A DNA stretch of 64,000 bases from assembly GCA_000092065.1 (NCBI GenBank), contig CP000599.1; one strand, 5' to 3'. The stretch comes from Ostreococcus lucimarinus. Its lineage: Eukaryota. The notes under the pieces are model-generated. The model searched no databases, had not been told where the DNA came from, and saw only the letters and a list, made by a program, of their open reading frames with translations. Position 1 is the first letter of the stretch, and every line of letters begins with the position of its first letter. Below, piece after piece: positions 35,891 to 46,985 of the stretch. A program made the position numbers and the translations under genes.

Positions 35891-38800
35891 CTAGTACGGG
35901 ACGCATCCCGGCGACGCGCAGTAGCCCCAGCTGAGGACGTCCATGGTTTGGTGCACCTCGGCGGCTTGGTAGCCAACCTTTGCGAAGCCCTTGCTGCCCG
36001 TGGACGCGGTGAGACCGATGTAGGCGTTGCCGTCCGTGTCCAAAATCTTCGCCATGTCTCTGTCTTCCACGGCGACTTGGAAGACGTAGCGGTCCATGTC
36101 GTCGATGAAGACTTGAATCTCCCCGGGGAACTCCTTGATGATGTTGTAATTGATGTTCGAATCTTGCTTGGGATCGAACGCCGGTTGTTGAATGTCGAAG
36201 AAGCTTTGTCTGTCGGGAGACGTCGCCGTGCCCGTGTTTTCGAGTTGCGCTTCGGTGTCAGAGGTGATGCTGATGACGCGCGTCGCTTCGCCGTCGTCGG
36301 CGAAACCCGCCGTGCCGCTGACGACGGCTTGTCGCGAGCTGTCGAGAGTTTTGTCCCGGTTAATCTTCACCTTGACGTTCGCCTTGACGCGGCCGCCATA
36401 ACCGAATTCAAAACCGGTTCGCAGCTCGGTTTTGAACTTGGTGCTCGAGCCAACCAATTTACGTCTGTCGGTCGAGCCGTCGGTGTGCGTCGTCGTGATT
36501 TGCCCAGTGCCCGCCTTCTCCGTGGTGAACCCGCGAGTGTATCTAATCTTCACCGTGTGCGCTAAACCATCCGCCATCGTCGGCACGCTCGGCGTGCTTC
36601 CGAAGTGCATGCCTTCGCTGTCATCGCTGTGATCGGCTTTCAAGTCGGTCACCGAGCTCCCCCACGGTTGGTTGTCGTAAAACGGCGCCGTCGTCATGAA
36701 GACGCCCAGGTGATTGTCGTTATAGGACACGTACTCGGTGGCGTTAATCCACCAGTGTTGCTTTCCTTGCTTCGGATCACGACGCTCGACGTTGTAGAAG
36801 GTGTCGAATTCCACCGCGAGCGACTTCTTCAAGCCGTTGGTGCACATGTCGGGCGTGCCGTCGTAATCCGCCGAGTCCACTTGCGTGGATTCTCCGTATC
36901 CCAAACCGTCGCCCGGGCACCCGACGAAACCGCCACCGTCGGTCAAGGACCCGCTCGCACCGCACAACTTGTACCTTGTGCCGGAAATCGGTTGCGGATT
37001 GGACGCGTCGTCGAACGTGCACGCCCAGCCTGTGTTGCCGTGCACGCTGTCCACCGTTTCTTGACGATCGTCGTTAGAGATGACGAACGCAAAGCCGTCG
37101 GCGCCGTCGCAAATTTGATCCGCGCCGCCGCATTGCGTGGGGTTGGTGATTTGGAACTCAAAGTTGGTCTCGAAACCATCCCAGATGTGTACTTTGCGGT
37201 GCCACCACACGGCGCCGACGCGCTGCGAGGTGCGGAAATCGGCGCTCGACTTCCACGGAGATCCGAGGGCGGAGTTACCGTTCGTTCTCGCGAACGCTTC
37301 GGTCAGTCGCACGACGTACTTGGGCGACGCATCGTTATTTTTCACCACCGACGCATCGCCCGCAAAACGCAGGTTGTGCTGAATGCAGTTGTTGATCCAC
37401 GTCTTGTTCCCACCCCACGCCGAGCCCTCACGCGTTCCGGTAGGGTTGGAGTCGTCGACGAAGGAATCGTCGCACGCGAAGTTTGGAAAGTCAAACTCCA
37501 TGTAAAATCTCGCGCTGTATTCGCTCGCACCGACGGTTTGCGGGTAGCGGTTATCGCCCATGATACCGATCGTGAGTTGATCGCAATTCGGCGACGCGTC
37601 GTTGTGGATGTAGTGTCCGAGCGCTCGCGCGTACGCAAACGCTGACTTCGAGCTGTCGGTGGTGTACCCGCCGAGAACGGCTTGCTTCAATTCCCCGCTG
37701 CTCGCTTCACCCTCGTCCGGGCCGGCGCAGAGCACCAAGGATTCGCCGACTGAAAGCGCCCAGGGCACGGATTCGCGCACCGACGTGTGACCGTAAGACC
37801 CAGTCGTGGGTCGCGTCGTACCGACGGTGGTGTACAAATCGAGGTTGTCGTTCACGGTGTGCACGGCGATGCGGAAGTCGTAGTCGCCCATGTCCGGCTT
37901 CAAATAGTAGTACGCGTACTGTTGAGGATCGACGACGGAGGAGACACGGAAACCGCAGCACCCCGGATCGATTTCGCAATACTTGTGCGACCAAGTTTGG
38001 TAAAAGGTTTGCAGAGGGTGGCGCAAGTACGCCCCGGCGTTGTCGTCCGCGACGATGGTAGTAGTGTCGTCGTGGACCCCCGAGCCCCCGCCCCCGCCAT
38101 CGCCGAATCGCCCGCCCGCACACTTGAGCACCTTGACGTCAGTGCCGGAGTAAGCGTTGGCAAAAGTGTCGATCGAAACCACCGTCGCAGTGGTATCATC
38201 AGTGATGGCGGTCACGCGAGCGTCGACCGGCCCGTTGGCGTTGGCGTCGCGCACGATGTCTCCGAGTTGAAGCTCGGTCAAAAACTTGCTGCCGACCCCA
38301 GCGAGTGTGCCGGCGGAGTGGGTGAGGGTAAAGCCACCCGTTTGCGTGAGCGCCTTTGCGGGCCGATGGGAGTCACCCACGTTCGCCGGAACGCACTTGC
38401 CGTGGTTGTAGCAAATCGGCGGGTTCGCGTTGTCGTCCGTCATGTACCGCTCGCCTTCGGTGGAGATGTAATACCGACAGTTTTCAATGTCGGCGACGTG
38501 GAGTCGCCACTCGGAACCGACGTCGACGGTCTTATCATCCCACTTGACGTAGACGCCGATACCGGAACTCACGCCTGAATCTTGCAGTTCAACCCACGCG
38601 GTGTGGTAGGCGCCCGCGGCGCCGCCAGAGTTGGCGAAGTTTTTCCAGTACGTGGTGTACGAGTAGGTGTGGGGGGAAGCCGTGTTCGCGCCCGACGTGT
38701 GCACGAGTTGCACCGTCACGCCTCGAGGCCAGAGCGGAAGAAGTCGCGTCAAACCGCGGACGTGCAGCGTCGTGATCGTTGCCGTGCCGCTCCCATTCTC

Positions 38801-40228
38801 CTTCTTGACGAACTCGCGGTTCCCGAGCGTGAAGGGACGATCGATGGTGAGCTCGACGTCGGACTGAATCGAGTTGACCATTCTCGTCTGCCCGCACGCG
38901 GTGATGGTGTATCCCGTGCGCAACTGCGTCAAAAAACGCGTGTCGCCGTACGTGCCTTGGGAAGAGAGCGAACCGGGCGCGCTTGGTGCGGTACCGTCGA
39001 TGTCTTCGAAGAGTTCCTTGTTGTCCCAAGAGTTGGAGACGACGCGCTTGCCGTACGAACGAACGGTGCCGTAGCCCTTGGTGAGCATGGGGAACCATTC
39101 CCAGTGCGTCGCCTTGAGAAGAGGCTCGGAGAACGAGTTGTGTAACACCATGATGTACTCGGCGAACGTCGTCGTCGTGCCGATTTCTTTCACTCGAACC
39201 GTTTCCCAGTCGCCGTTGATTTGAACGCTCATCCAAGGCCCGGATGTGTGATACTTGGCGGCCCACGTGCTCGAGGCGCCCATCTGCGACTCGAAACGCG
39301 TACCGCGACCGTGAATGCGATGAGAACTCATCGTCGCACTTCCACTGGCGTCCGACAAGTGACCCGCGTCCTCGTACGGCGTTTCCGACGCGAGTTTGGT
39401 GTTTTCGGCGATGACGGCGGTACCGTGCACCGCGTTCAAGGTGTCTTGACTGTGGTACGTTTCAATCGTCCCCAGACCGACGTTTCGCTTACCGATGCGC
39501 GGCGGGCACGAGACGTAGCCCCAAGAACCCAAACCGGTGAGGAATCCGGTGATATTGTAATCGACGGTGAGCGACGTTTCGCTGGCGATGGCTGTGATGA
39601 CGCGGTAATCGACGACGTCGTTCGCCTTGTATACGACGATCCAGTAGCCAACCTTCAGCTCTTGCAAAAACTCCGTGTTGGTACCATCGATTGTCAACGC
39701 TTCTGTCGTCGCACTGTTCGGTCGCGCCGTCGTCGTGGAGCTCGCGGCGAGCGTGCCCGTGCCCGTTCGCGCGGCGACGCCGAACGCCACCTCCGAGCCC
39801 GCCGACACCGCCGCCGGCGACGGCGACGGCGCCAGCGTCATCGACGTATCGCTGTGCACCGCCAACACCTCATGCACAGCCGTGTTCGCGATGTCGTAAA
39901 ACTTCGCCCCCGATTTCGTCCCGCCGTGAAACTGCTGCGTGAATCGCGTGTTCACCCCCGTCACCGCCGCGCCCGAGGTCGAGTACCGCCCCTCCCCTCC
40001 CACGAGCGTCGGCACCCCGCTCACGAGCCCGCTCACGTGATCGCCCGCGTTCACGTCTCCGTACCCTCCCTGCGAGTGCGGATCGTGTCCGCACCATCCG
40101 CACGACGTGTCCGCGACGCACGCGCCGCAATTCGTGTAGTACTCGCACCCCGCGATCGCGCCCCGCGTCGCCGCCGCGATCGCCGCGATCGCCAGCGCGC
40201 CCGCGAGCGCTCGCGACGCGCGAACCAT
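35891..40228 (-). CDS. Giant secreted protein: signal peptide + PSI-like Cys knot + PPC-like module + C-terminal legume (L-type) lectin / ConA-like domain
   Basis: Signal peptide MVRASRALAGALAIAAIAAATRG. PSI-like CEYYTNCGACVADTSCGWCG. PPC-like DYDFRIAVHTVNDNLDLYT. L-lectin landmarks DGFAFVISN, GDGLGYGE, LAVEFDTFYN, NHLGVF and YIGLTASTG. No C-terminal TM seen. Confidence 0.75.
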   Translation of the reverse strand: MVRASRALAGALAIAAIAAATRGAIAGCEYYTNCGACVADTSCGWCGHDPHSQGGYGDVNAGDHVSGLVSGVPTLVGGEGRYSTSGAAVTGVNTRFTQQFHGGTKSGAKFYDIANTAVHEVLAVHSDTSMTLAPSPSPAAVSAGSEVAFGVAARTGTGTLAASSTTTARPNSATTEALTIDGTNTEFLQELKVGYWIVVYKANDVVDYRVITAIASETSLTVDYNITGFLTGLGSWGYVSCPPRIGKRNVGLGTIETYHSQDTLNAVHGTAVIAENTKLASETPYEDAGHLSDASGSATMSSHRIHGRGTRFESQMGASSTWAAKYHTSGPWMSVQINGDWETVRVKEIGTTTTFAEYIMVLHNSFSEPLLKATHWEWFPMLTKGYGTVRSYGKRVVSNSWDNKELFEDIDGTAPSAPGSLSSQGTYGDTRFLTQLRTGYTITACGQTRMVNSIQSDVELTIDRPFTLGNREFVKKENGSGTATITTLHVRGLTRLLPLWPRGVTVQLVHTSGANTASPHTYSYTTYWKNFANSGGAAGAYHTAWVELQDSGVSSGIGVYVKWDDKTVDVGSEWRLHVADIENCRYYISTEGERYMTDDNANPPICYNHGKCVPANVGDSHRPAKALTQTGGFTLTHSAGTLAGVGSKFLTELQLGDIVRDANANGPVDARVTAITDDTTATVVSIDTFANAYSGTDVKVLKCAGGRFGDGGGGGSGVHDDTTTIVADDNAGAYLRHPLQTFYQTWSHKYCEIDPGCCGFRVSSVVDPQQYAYYYLKPDMGDYDFRIAVHTVNDNLDLYTTVGTTRPTTGSYGHTSVRESVPWALSVGESLVLCAGPDEGEASSGELKQAVLGGYTTDSSKSAFAYARALGHYIHNDASPNCDQLTIGIMGDNRYPQTVGASEYSARFYMEFDFPNFACDDSFVDDSNPTGTREGSAWGGNKTWINNCIQHNLRFAGDASVVKNNDASPKYVVRLTEAFARTNGNSALGSPWKSSADFRTSQRVGAVWWHRKVHIWDGFETNFEFQITNPTQCGGADQICDGADGFAFVISNDDRQETVDSVHGNTGWACTFDDASNPQPISGTRYKLCGASGSLTDGGGFVGCPGDGLGYGESTQVDSADYDGTPDMCTNGLKKSLAVEFDTFYNVERRDPKQGKQHWWINATEYVSYNDNHLGVFMTTAPFYDNQPWGSSVTDLKADHSDDSEGMHFGSTPSVPTMADGLAHTVKIRYTRGFTTEKAGTGQITTTHTDGSTDRRKLVGSSTKFKTELRTGFEFGYGGRVKANVKVKINRDKTLDSSRQAVVSGTAGFADDGEATRVISITSDTEAQLENTGTATSPDRQSFFDIQQPAFDPKQDSNINYNIIKEFPGEIQVFIDDMDRYVFQVAVEDRDMAKILDTDGNAYIGLTASTGSKGFAKVGYQAAEVHQTMDVLSWGYCASPGCVPY

Positions 40229-40603
40229 CTTTAATCGACGTCCGCGCGCGCGTTCGATCGCCGCCCGCGCGCGCGCCGACGCCGCGAGCGCGGTCGAGAG
40301 ATTTGAAATTCAAAACGATGCGATGATCGGAATTCGGCGCCGAAGGATCGCGTGTCTTCGTCGTTTCTTCGCGTCGTTCGCGCGCGCGAGCGGCGTCGGG
40401 CGTCGAGTGAGGGCGCGCGCGTCGGTCGCGCTCGGTCGCGGGTCGCGAGAGGGCGGCGCGCGCGCGCGTGTGCGGCGAACGCGTCGACGGGCCGCGGGCG
40501 CGGTTCGAACGGCGCGAAAACGTGTTGGTGATTTTGGGTGTGATTGTATGGTGCTTGAGTACGCATTGTAGTGGTGTTTGAAGCTATGAGAGTGGTTGTT
40601 GTG

Positions 40604-40608
40604 TTACA
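40604..40608 (-). terminator. TGTAA candidate poly(A) signal for NDUFV2
   Basis: On the minus strand, ctttgtaacac opens a CA-rich 3' region. Confidence 0.35.
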
Positions 40609-40671
40609 AAGACGCGCGTCCGGAGCCGCGGCGACGCGAATCGCGGACGGCGGGTCGAGACGACGCGCGCG

Positions 40672-41739
<1,068 letters not shown>

Positions 41740-41810
41740 TCACGAGGCGTGATTTATCGATATTTGCGCGCGCGCGATGGACGCGCGCGAGGCGAAGGCG
41801 CTCGCGGCGC

Positions 41811-42743
41811 TCACGCGGAGGGCGCCAACGCGAGGACGCCGCACGCCAAGCGCTGCGCTCGCGTAAACCGAAGCGATCGATCGTCCGTCAGTCGAAAGCC
41901 GCGTGCGCGAAAAACGAAACCCTAAACGCGCGTCGAAATCGCGTCGCGTCGAGTCGCGATCGTGGAAATCGCGTCGAAATCGCGTCGTCGACGCACCGCT
42001 CCGGCGTTGCCCGTCGTCTTCGACGTCTTGCCCTGGGTGCCGATCTCAGAGCTATCGCCCTTGCCGAGATCGTCCTCGAGCTCGTGAATCACGAACGCGC
42101 GTCCGATGATCGAGTTCGCCCCGCTCAGCGGAATCTGCGAGTCCTCGATGACGAAGTCGCACCCGCCCGCGGTGGCCTCGACGTTGCCGAGGTCGCCCGC
42201 GTGTCGCGTCGCGTCCGTCGGCGCGCCGTGATCCATCTTGTTCGGGTTAAAGTGCGGTCCCGTGGACATGCACCCGTTCGTCGTATCGCCGAACTCGTGA
42301 ATGTGCAGGCCGTGCTTGCCCGGCGCGAGTCCGGTGATGGAGCCGACGACCTTCGTCGGCGCGTCGCCGCTCTGGCTCAGCTTGAGCACGCCCGACACCC
42401 CCGCGGTGCCCGTGAGCACGCACACCGCCTGCTTTTGCTCCGCCGTCACCGCGACCGCGCGAGGGCGATGCGCGGACGTCTTCGTCGACCTGCGATCGCG
42501 CGCGCCGGCGTTCGCGCGCGCGTCAGTCGTCGCGTTCGTCGCGGGTTTAGGTTCGTCGCGTCGTCGCGCGTCGTCGCGCAGCGCGTCGCTCGAGCGCACC
42601 GCGCGCACGCGCACTTGGCGCCGCAGAGGTGGGTCTTGGAGGCGAGCGTCGCCGATCGGGAGAGCGTCTGCATGGCGCGGCGTCGGGCGTCGTGTGTCGG
42701 CGATGACGTGGCGAGGGCGCGAACGCGCCCTCGTCGCCATCAT
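41811..42743 (-). CDS. CSD: Cu/Zn superoxide dismutase with long N-terminal presequence, two exons (41997..42743 and 41811..41852)
   Basis: [23 protein letters not shown]...HAGDLGNV...[16 protein letters not shown]...TTGNAGA in exon 1. Exon 2 supplies the canonical end [13 protein letters not shown]. Start MMATRA at 42743. The rest of ORF 41922..43901 is antisense to CCS. Confidence 0.9.
41853..41996 (-). other. Spliceosomal intron (144 nt) near the 3' end of Cu/Zn-SOD
   Basis: GCG|GTGCGT donor, TTCGACTGACGG branch, GAGCGCAG acceptor. The intron carries TTTAGGGTTT, whose TAG ends the unspliced frame at 41922. Confidence 0.85.
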
Positions 42744-42751
42744 TCGAGGGC

Positions 42752-42897
42752 CTTTATATACGTATATTTCGTAGAAATATACTTTATATTCGGAAACATG
42801 TCGTATGGGTATTGTGTCTGTGGTTATAATTGGTAGTATCCGAATATTCGGACACACGGCGTATGCGTATTGTGTATATACACATAATTGGTAAAAG
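42752..42897. promoter_or_regulatory. AT-rich island in the SOD/CCS divergent intergenic region (putative bidirectional core promoter)
   Basis: About 145 bp of TA/TG/CA-rich sequence in an otherwise CG-saturated context. It contains TATACGTATA (42757-42766), four CGTAT motifs and the palindrome TCCGAATATTCGGA. Confidence 0.4.
42839..42852. promoter_or_regulatory. 14-nt perfect palindrome TCCGAATATTCGGA, with an extra direct half-site ATATTCGGA at 42786-42794
   Basis: Read directly. It is self-complementary across all 14 positions, and the half-site recurs 50 nt away. Confidence 0.35.
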
Positions 42898-43070
42898 TCC
42901 GAGCGCGCCGACCGTCGGCCGCGCGCCGCACGTCGCGACGCGCGATCGCGCGACGCCCGATCGCGTCCCGCGCGACGCCCGCGGACCTTCTCGACGCCTC
43001 GACCCGATCTTAACCGCCCGCGACCCGCGCGCGCGACACCCGAGGCGTCACGTCGACGACGACGCGCGTC

Positions 43071-44033
43071 ATGATTCCGTCGACGCCGCGCCTTCGCGCC
43101 GCCGCGCCGCGTCGCGTCGTCGACCGCGCGTCGCGATCGCGAACGCGGTCGCGATGCCGACGCGCGCTCGAACGCGCCGACGCGCGGACGAAAGACCTCG
43201 AGCGGGCGTTGGAATTCATGGTGGAGATGCGGTGCGGAGGGTGCGCGGCTAAGGTGACGACGGCGTGCGAGGCGCTCGCGGGCACGACGCGCGTCGACGC
43301 GTCGCTCGGGACGAACACGGTGACGGTGATCACGCGCGATGCGGAGCGAACGGTCAGGGAGGCGATCGAGAGCGCCGGGTATAAGGCGCGATTGATCGGG
43401 CAGGGGCGCGCGGAGCGAAGCGCCGAAGACGACGACGATTTCGGCGAGGCGCTGGCGGAGGCGCTGGGCACGGACGTGCGGACGCTGCGACAGAGCCTGG
43501 CGGCGGTGGCGGAGTTTAAGGGGAAGGCGTACGGGCACGGTGAGGCGCGAGGGACGGTGCGGCTGGTGCAGGTGAGCGAGGAGACGATATTGGCGGAGGC
43601 GGCGCTGGACGGGTTGAGTCCGGGGGCGCACGCGATTCGCGTGCACGAATACGGGGATTTGACGCGCGGGATGGATTCGATCGGGGACGTGTACGGGGGG
43701 GAGGGAGGGGCGGGGATGATCGGGATCGTCGTCGCGGACGAGAATGGGTCGGCGACGATGCCGTCGACGATGTTGAGCTCGGAGCTCAAGGCGTGGGACG
43801 TCATCGGTCGAAGCGTCGCCGTGTACGCCGCCGCGGACGGCGATACGACCGGCGCGGTGTGCGCCGTGCTCGCTCGAAGCGCGGGCGTGGGGGCGAATCA
43901 TAAAAAGTTGTGCCAGTGCGATGGGACGATCATCTGGGAGGCGGGCGAAGATTTCTTGCCCCGCGCGGTGGACGAATGCGACGCCGCGAGACCGCTGCTC
44001 GGCAAAGGAATCACCACCGCTCGGCGCGGGTGA
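43071..44033 (+). CDS. CCS: Copper chaperone for superoxide dismutase (CCS)
   Basis: HMA domain with MRCGGC metal site ([21 protein letters not shown]), a central SOD-like domain (GTVRLVQV...[12 protein letters not shown]...IGRSVAVY), and a C-terminal CxC motif ([12 protein letters not shown]). Confidence 0.88.
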   Translation: MIPSTPRLRAAAPRRVVDRASRSRTRSRCRRALERADARTKDLERALEFMVEMRCGGCAAKVTTACEALAGTTRVDASLGTNTVTVITRDAERTVREAIESAGYKARLIGQGRAERSAEDDDDFGEALAEALGTDVRTLRQSLAAVAEFKGKAYGHGEARGTVRLVQVSEETILAEAALDGLSPGAHAIRVHEYGDLTRGMDSIGDVYGGEGGAGMIGIVVADENGSATMPSTMLSSELKAWDVIGRSVAVYAAADGDTTGAVCAVLARSAGVGANHKKLCQCDGTIIWEAGEDFLPRAVDECDAARPLLGKGITTARRG

Positions 44034-44045
44034 GAATAGCGCGCG

Positions 44046-44050
44046 TGTAA
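44046..44050 (+). terminator. TGTAA candidate poly(A) signal for CCS
   Basis: gcgtgtaatgatg, 13 nt after the stop. Confidence 0.35.
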
Positions 44051-44121
44051 TGATGATTGCGATGATTGATTGATTGATGAATTGATGCTTAAAAAGGACG
44101 TTATCGTTGAGATTGTTATAT

Positions 44122-46803
44122 TCACTTGATCTTGATGAGCGAAGGGAGCTTGACGCCGTCGATGGCGCGTTTCGCCTCGGCCCACGTCTTCGTCGTTCGC
44201 GGCGGCGGAGTCGGCGGCGGCGGCGGCGCGAAAGGTCTCGGCCGCGGTATCACCATCGTCGACTTCTTCGGCGGCGCCGCGGGCACGCTGGACGATGGCT
44301 GGTTTTCTTCGTGCGTCTTGCTCGACGGCGGCGCCGCGAGCGCCGGCGAATCGTTCGTCTTCAACGCCGGGAATTCCTTCAATCGCGACTCTCGATCGAC
44401 GGCGCTTTCGGCGTCGCTCGAGGGGGTCGCGGACTCGGACGTCGATTGCGATGCGACTTTCGGCTTGGGTGGAAAATCCGGTAGCGCGGACAGCCCCGTC
44501 GGCGGCGGAGGCGGAGGCGGAGGCGGAGGCGGCGCGGCGGCGGCGACGGCGGTCGATCTCGGCGCCGGGATGCGCGCCGGCGGCTTTCCACTCGGCAACG
44601 GCGGCGGATTCGGTGGCAGCGGCGGTGGATTCGGCATCGTCGCGACGGTTGGTCTTCGAGGCGCATCCATTTCCTTCGCGAACGTCGGTCGCGGCGGCGT
44701 GTTGGGCTTCCTTCGCGATCGCGCCGCCGTCCACTCGCCGCCCGAATCCGAATTCGCCGCGTCTTCGAGCGTCGGTTCGGGGGTCTTCGATCGCGGCGTC
44801 GTCGGCGCTTCGGGTTCGTCCTCGGCGTCGTCAGCGACGGTGATTTCATCGCGCTCGACGTCGCGCGCGACTTTCGTCAGCGCTCGCTTCGCCTTGGACG
44901 ACGAAGATTTCCGTTTCTTCTTCGAAGACGCGCCGCCGGCGGATCTCTTAGAGTTGGCGTCGCCGCCGCGGAGAACATCGTCGTCATCTTCGAACGCCTT
45001 GAGCGCAGCTTCCAAACGCGCGTCGTCCAGTGCTTTAACGTGCTCTTTGACCGCACCGCTCACGACTTTCACGAACGTCGCGCACTTTGCGAGTTCGATG
45101 CCGTACGCCAAGTGCGCGCCCTCAAGATTGAGCGCTCGAACGACGCGGTCGACGACGCCGTCGAGGGCGGTGGATTTGTACCTGTCCATCACGGGTTGGA
45201 TTCTTCGATGCAAACCTTCGACATCGTAATTTGTCGACGTCGCGCCGGCGTTCGTGGAGGAAGCGCCGCCGCTCGCGGCGGAAGTGATGGCTCGAAACGA
45301 GCGCTTTAAATCCCGCATGACGTCTCGCAGGATGACTTTGACGTCGAGCGCACGATCGGCGTACGCCTTGTCGACAACGCGCGACGAATCACCGTCACAC
45401 GAGTTCAACGCTCGCGTCGCCAGCACGCATTCTTTGGCGTGGCGCTCGATCTCTTTCGCGCTCGGTGCCGCGACGGCGAAAGAATTCCTCGCGTGATCCA
45501 AATGCTTATTCAGCACGATTTCCAGCGCCTTGGAATCCCCGGGCGGCGTCACGTGCTTGTAACACATTTCGTTCTCGCGAAGATAAAACCGCGTGCGCTT
45601 CTCGGCCAGACGGAATTCTTCCACACCCAGCTCGAGCGCCGCGGTGACGTCGCGAAATTCGCACCAGGCGCCGAGCGCGCGCGTCAAGAGCTCACGTCGC
45701 TGAATCGCGAGCAAATCCGCGTTGTCGTCGCGCACGAGCTCGGCTAGCTCAAGCATCGCTCGTTCGGCGTCGCGCTGCTCGGCGAGCCAAGACTTGACGA
45801 GGTTATGAACGCTTTCAGAAGTTTCGTCGTCCATGCGCCTGACGACGTCGAGATCGTGCGCTTGTTTAGCTTCATCCAATCCGCCCGAGGCGTCGACGAG
45901 CGGCGGCGCGGGCGCGTCGACGCTCGTGTCGAACTCGCGATCACCGAGCGTCGCCCGCGAATCGCGACGTTTGCTTCGAATCGTCGCGAATCGATGTAAA
46001 CACTCGAATCCTCGGCGCACCCAACGCTCGACGTCGACGTCGTCGCGTAAACCGATGGAATCCTCGCCGCGACGCGCGTAATCGCGCGCGTCTTCGTCTT
46101 TGACCAAATCCTCGTTCGCGCGACGCGGACGTCGCGCGTCGTCGTCGTCGTCGTCGCCACCGCCGACCGCGTCGACGACCGCACCGCCGCTTTCATCGAC
46201 CGCGAGCGCGCGCAACGTCTCCATCGCCGCCGCGAGCGCGTCCGAAGCGTCCGTCCCGCGTCGCCCCGTCGCCGTCGTCTGCGCGCCTCGACGCCCCCCC
46301 GACCCCGACCCCGACCGTCCCATCGTCCCCATCGACGCCTCCGCGCCCACCGCGCGTTCGATCGCGCGTTCGATCGCGCGCACCGACGCCGCCGCGCGTC
46401 TCCCGCGCGCGCCCACCCGTCTCGCCACCGCGCGCGCGTCCTCCTCCGCGTCTCCCTCCCCGTCCACCAGCATCGCCGCGAACGCCCCCCGCGCCGCGTC
46501 ATCGTCCCGCAGCATCGCTCGCAGCGTTCGATCGAGCGCGCGTCGCGCCCTCGATCGCGCGTCGTCGTCGTCGCGCGCCGTCGCGCGCGCCATCGCGGAA
46601 GACGAACCGTCCCTTCGATCGCCGTCCCTTCGCGCGCGTTCGTTCGACGCGCGTCGTCCGTCCTCGCGCGGTCGACGCGCGCCGCGCGCGCGTCCGTCGT
46701 CGTCGTCGCGCGCCGCGTCCGTCGCGCGCCCTCGATCGCGCGTCGCGCGTCGCGATGTCGCGCGTCGTCGTCGCGCGTTGACCCGCGCGTTGACCGTCGC
46801 CAT
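44122..46803 (-). CDS. Large hypothetical protein with Pro-rich C-terminal region
   Basis: 893-aa ORF with ATG at 46803. The N-terminus is Arg/Asp-rich, the middle is a structured helical region, and the C-terminus has [10 protein letters not shown] tracts. No family recognised. Confidence 0.6.
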   Translation of the reverse strand: MATVNARVNARRRRATSRRATRDRGRATDAARDDDDGRARGARRPREDGRRASNERARRDGDRRDGSSSAMARATARDDDDARSRARRALDRTLRAMLRDDDAARGAFAAMLVDGEGDAEEDARAVARRVGARGRRAAASVRAIERAIERAVGAEASMGTMGRSGSGSGGRRGAQTTATGRRGTDASDALAAAMETLRALAVDESGGAVVDAVGGGDDDDDDARRPRRANEDLVKDEDARDYARRGEDSIGLRDDVDVERWVRRGFECLHRFATIRSKRRDSRATLGDREFDTSVDAPAPPLVDASGGLDEAKQAHDLDVVRRMDDETSESVHNLVKSWLAEQRDAERAMLELAELVRDDNADLLAIQRRELLTRALGAWCEFRDVTAALELGVEEFRLAEKRTRFYLRENEMCYKHVTPPGDSKALEIVLNKHLDHARNSFAVAAPSAKEIERHAKECVLATRALNSCDGDSSRVVDKAYADRALDVKVILRDVMRDLKRSFRAITSAASGGASSTNAGATSTNYDVEGLHRRIQPVMDRYKSTALDGVVDRVVRALNLEGAHLAYGIELAKCATFVKVVSGAVKEHVKALDDARLEAALKAFEDDDDVLRGGDANSKRSAGGASSKKKRKSSSSKAKRALTKVARDVERDEITVADDAEDEPEAPTTPRSKTPEPTLEDAANSDSGGEWTAARSRRKPNTPPRPTFAKEMDAPRRPTVATMPNPPPLPPNPPPLPSGKPPARIPAPRSTAVAAAAPPPPPPPPPPPTGLSALPDFPPKPKVASQSTSESATPSSDAESAVDRESRLKEFPALKTNDSPALAAPPSSKTHEENQPSSSVPAAPPKKSTMVIPRPRPFAPPPPPTPPPRTTKTWAEAKRAIDGVKLPSLIKIK

Positions 46804-46815
46804 CGTCGACGTCGC

Positions 46816-46985
46816 CCTATATATAATACGACGCGAAACCTCATATAATCCTCATCACGACACCCAACAGTCACACACACGTATGTCTCTCATCATTACT
46901 AAGTACCTTACGACTATATATACATATACCGTATGTCCGATATATGTTTATAGGTATCCGTGTACGTATATTAGTAAAATAACGT
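46816..46985. promoter_or_regulatory. AT island between divergent 893-aa gene (-) and AGPase (+)
   Basis: ctatatataatacg...cacgtatgtctctcatcattactaagtaccttacgactatatatacatataccgtatgtccgatatatgtttataggtatccgtgtacgtatattagtaaaataacg. It contains the 14-mer ACCGTATGTCCGAT at 46928-46941. Confidence 0.4.

Noticed and set aside
40502-40510. GGTTCGAAC, resembling a tRNA T-loop, in the 443-bp gap upstream of the lectin gene.
   Set aside because: The flanks cannot be folded into acceptor, D and anticodon arms, and no A-box is present. No tRNA is called anywhere in the window.
42744-43901. Upstream two-thirds of ORF 41922..43901 (659 aa), which would make a giant SOD fusion.
   Set aside because: Only the C-terminal part, from MMATRA at 42743, is SOD. 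The rest crosses the AT island and runs antisense through the well-supported CCS gene with Arg/Pro/His-rich nonsense composition.
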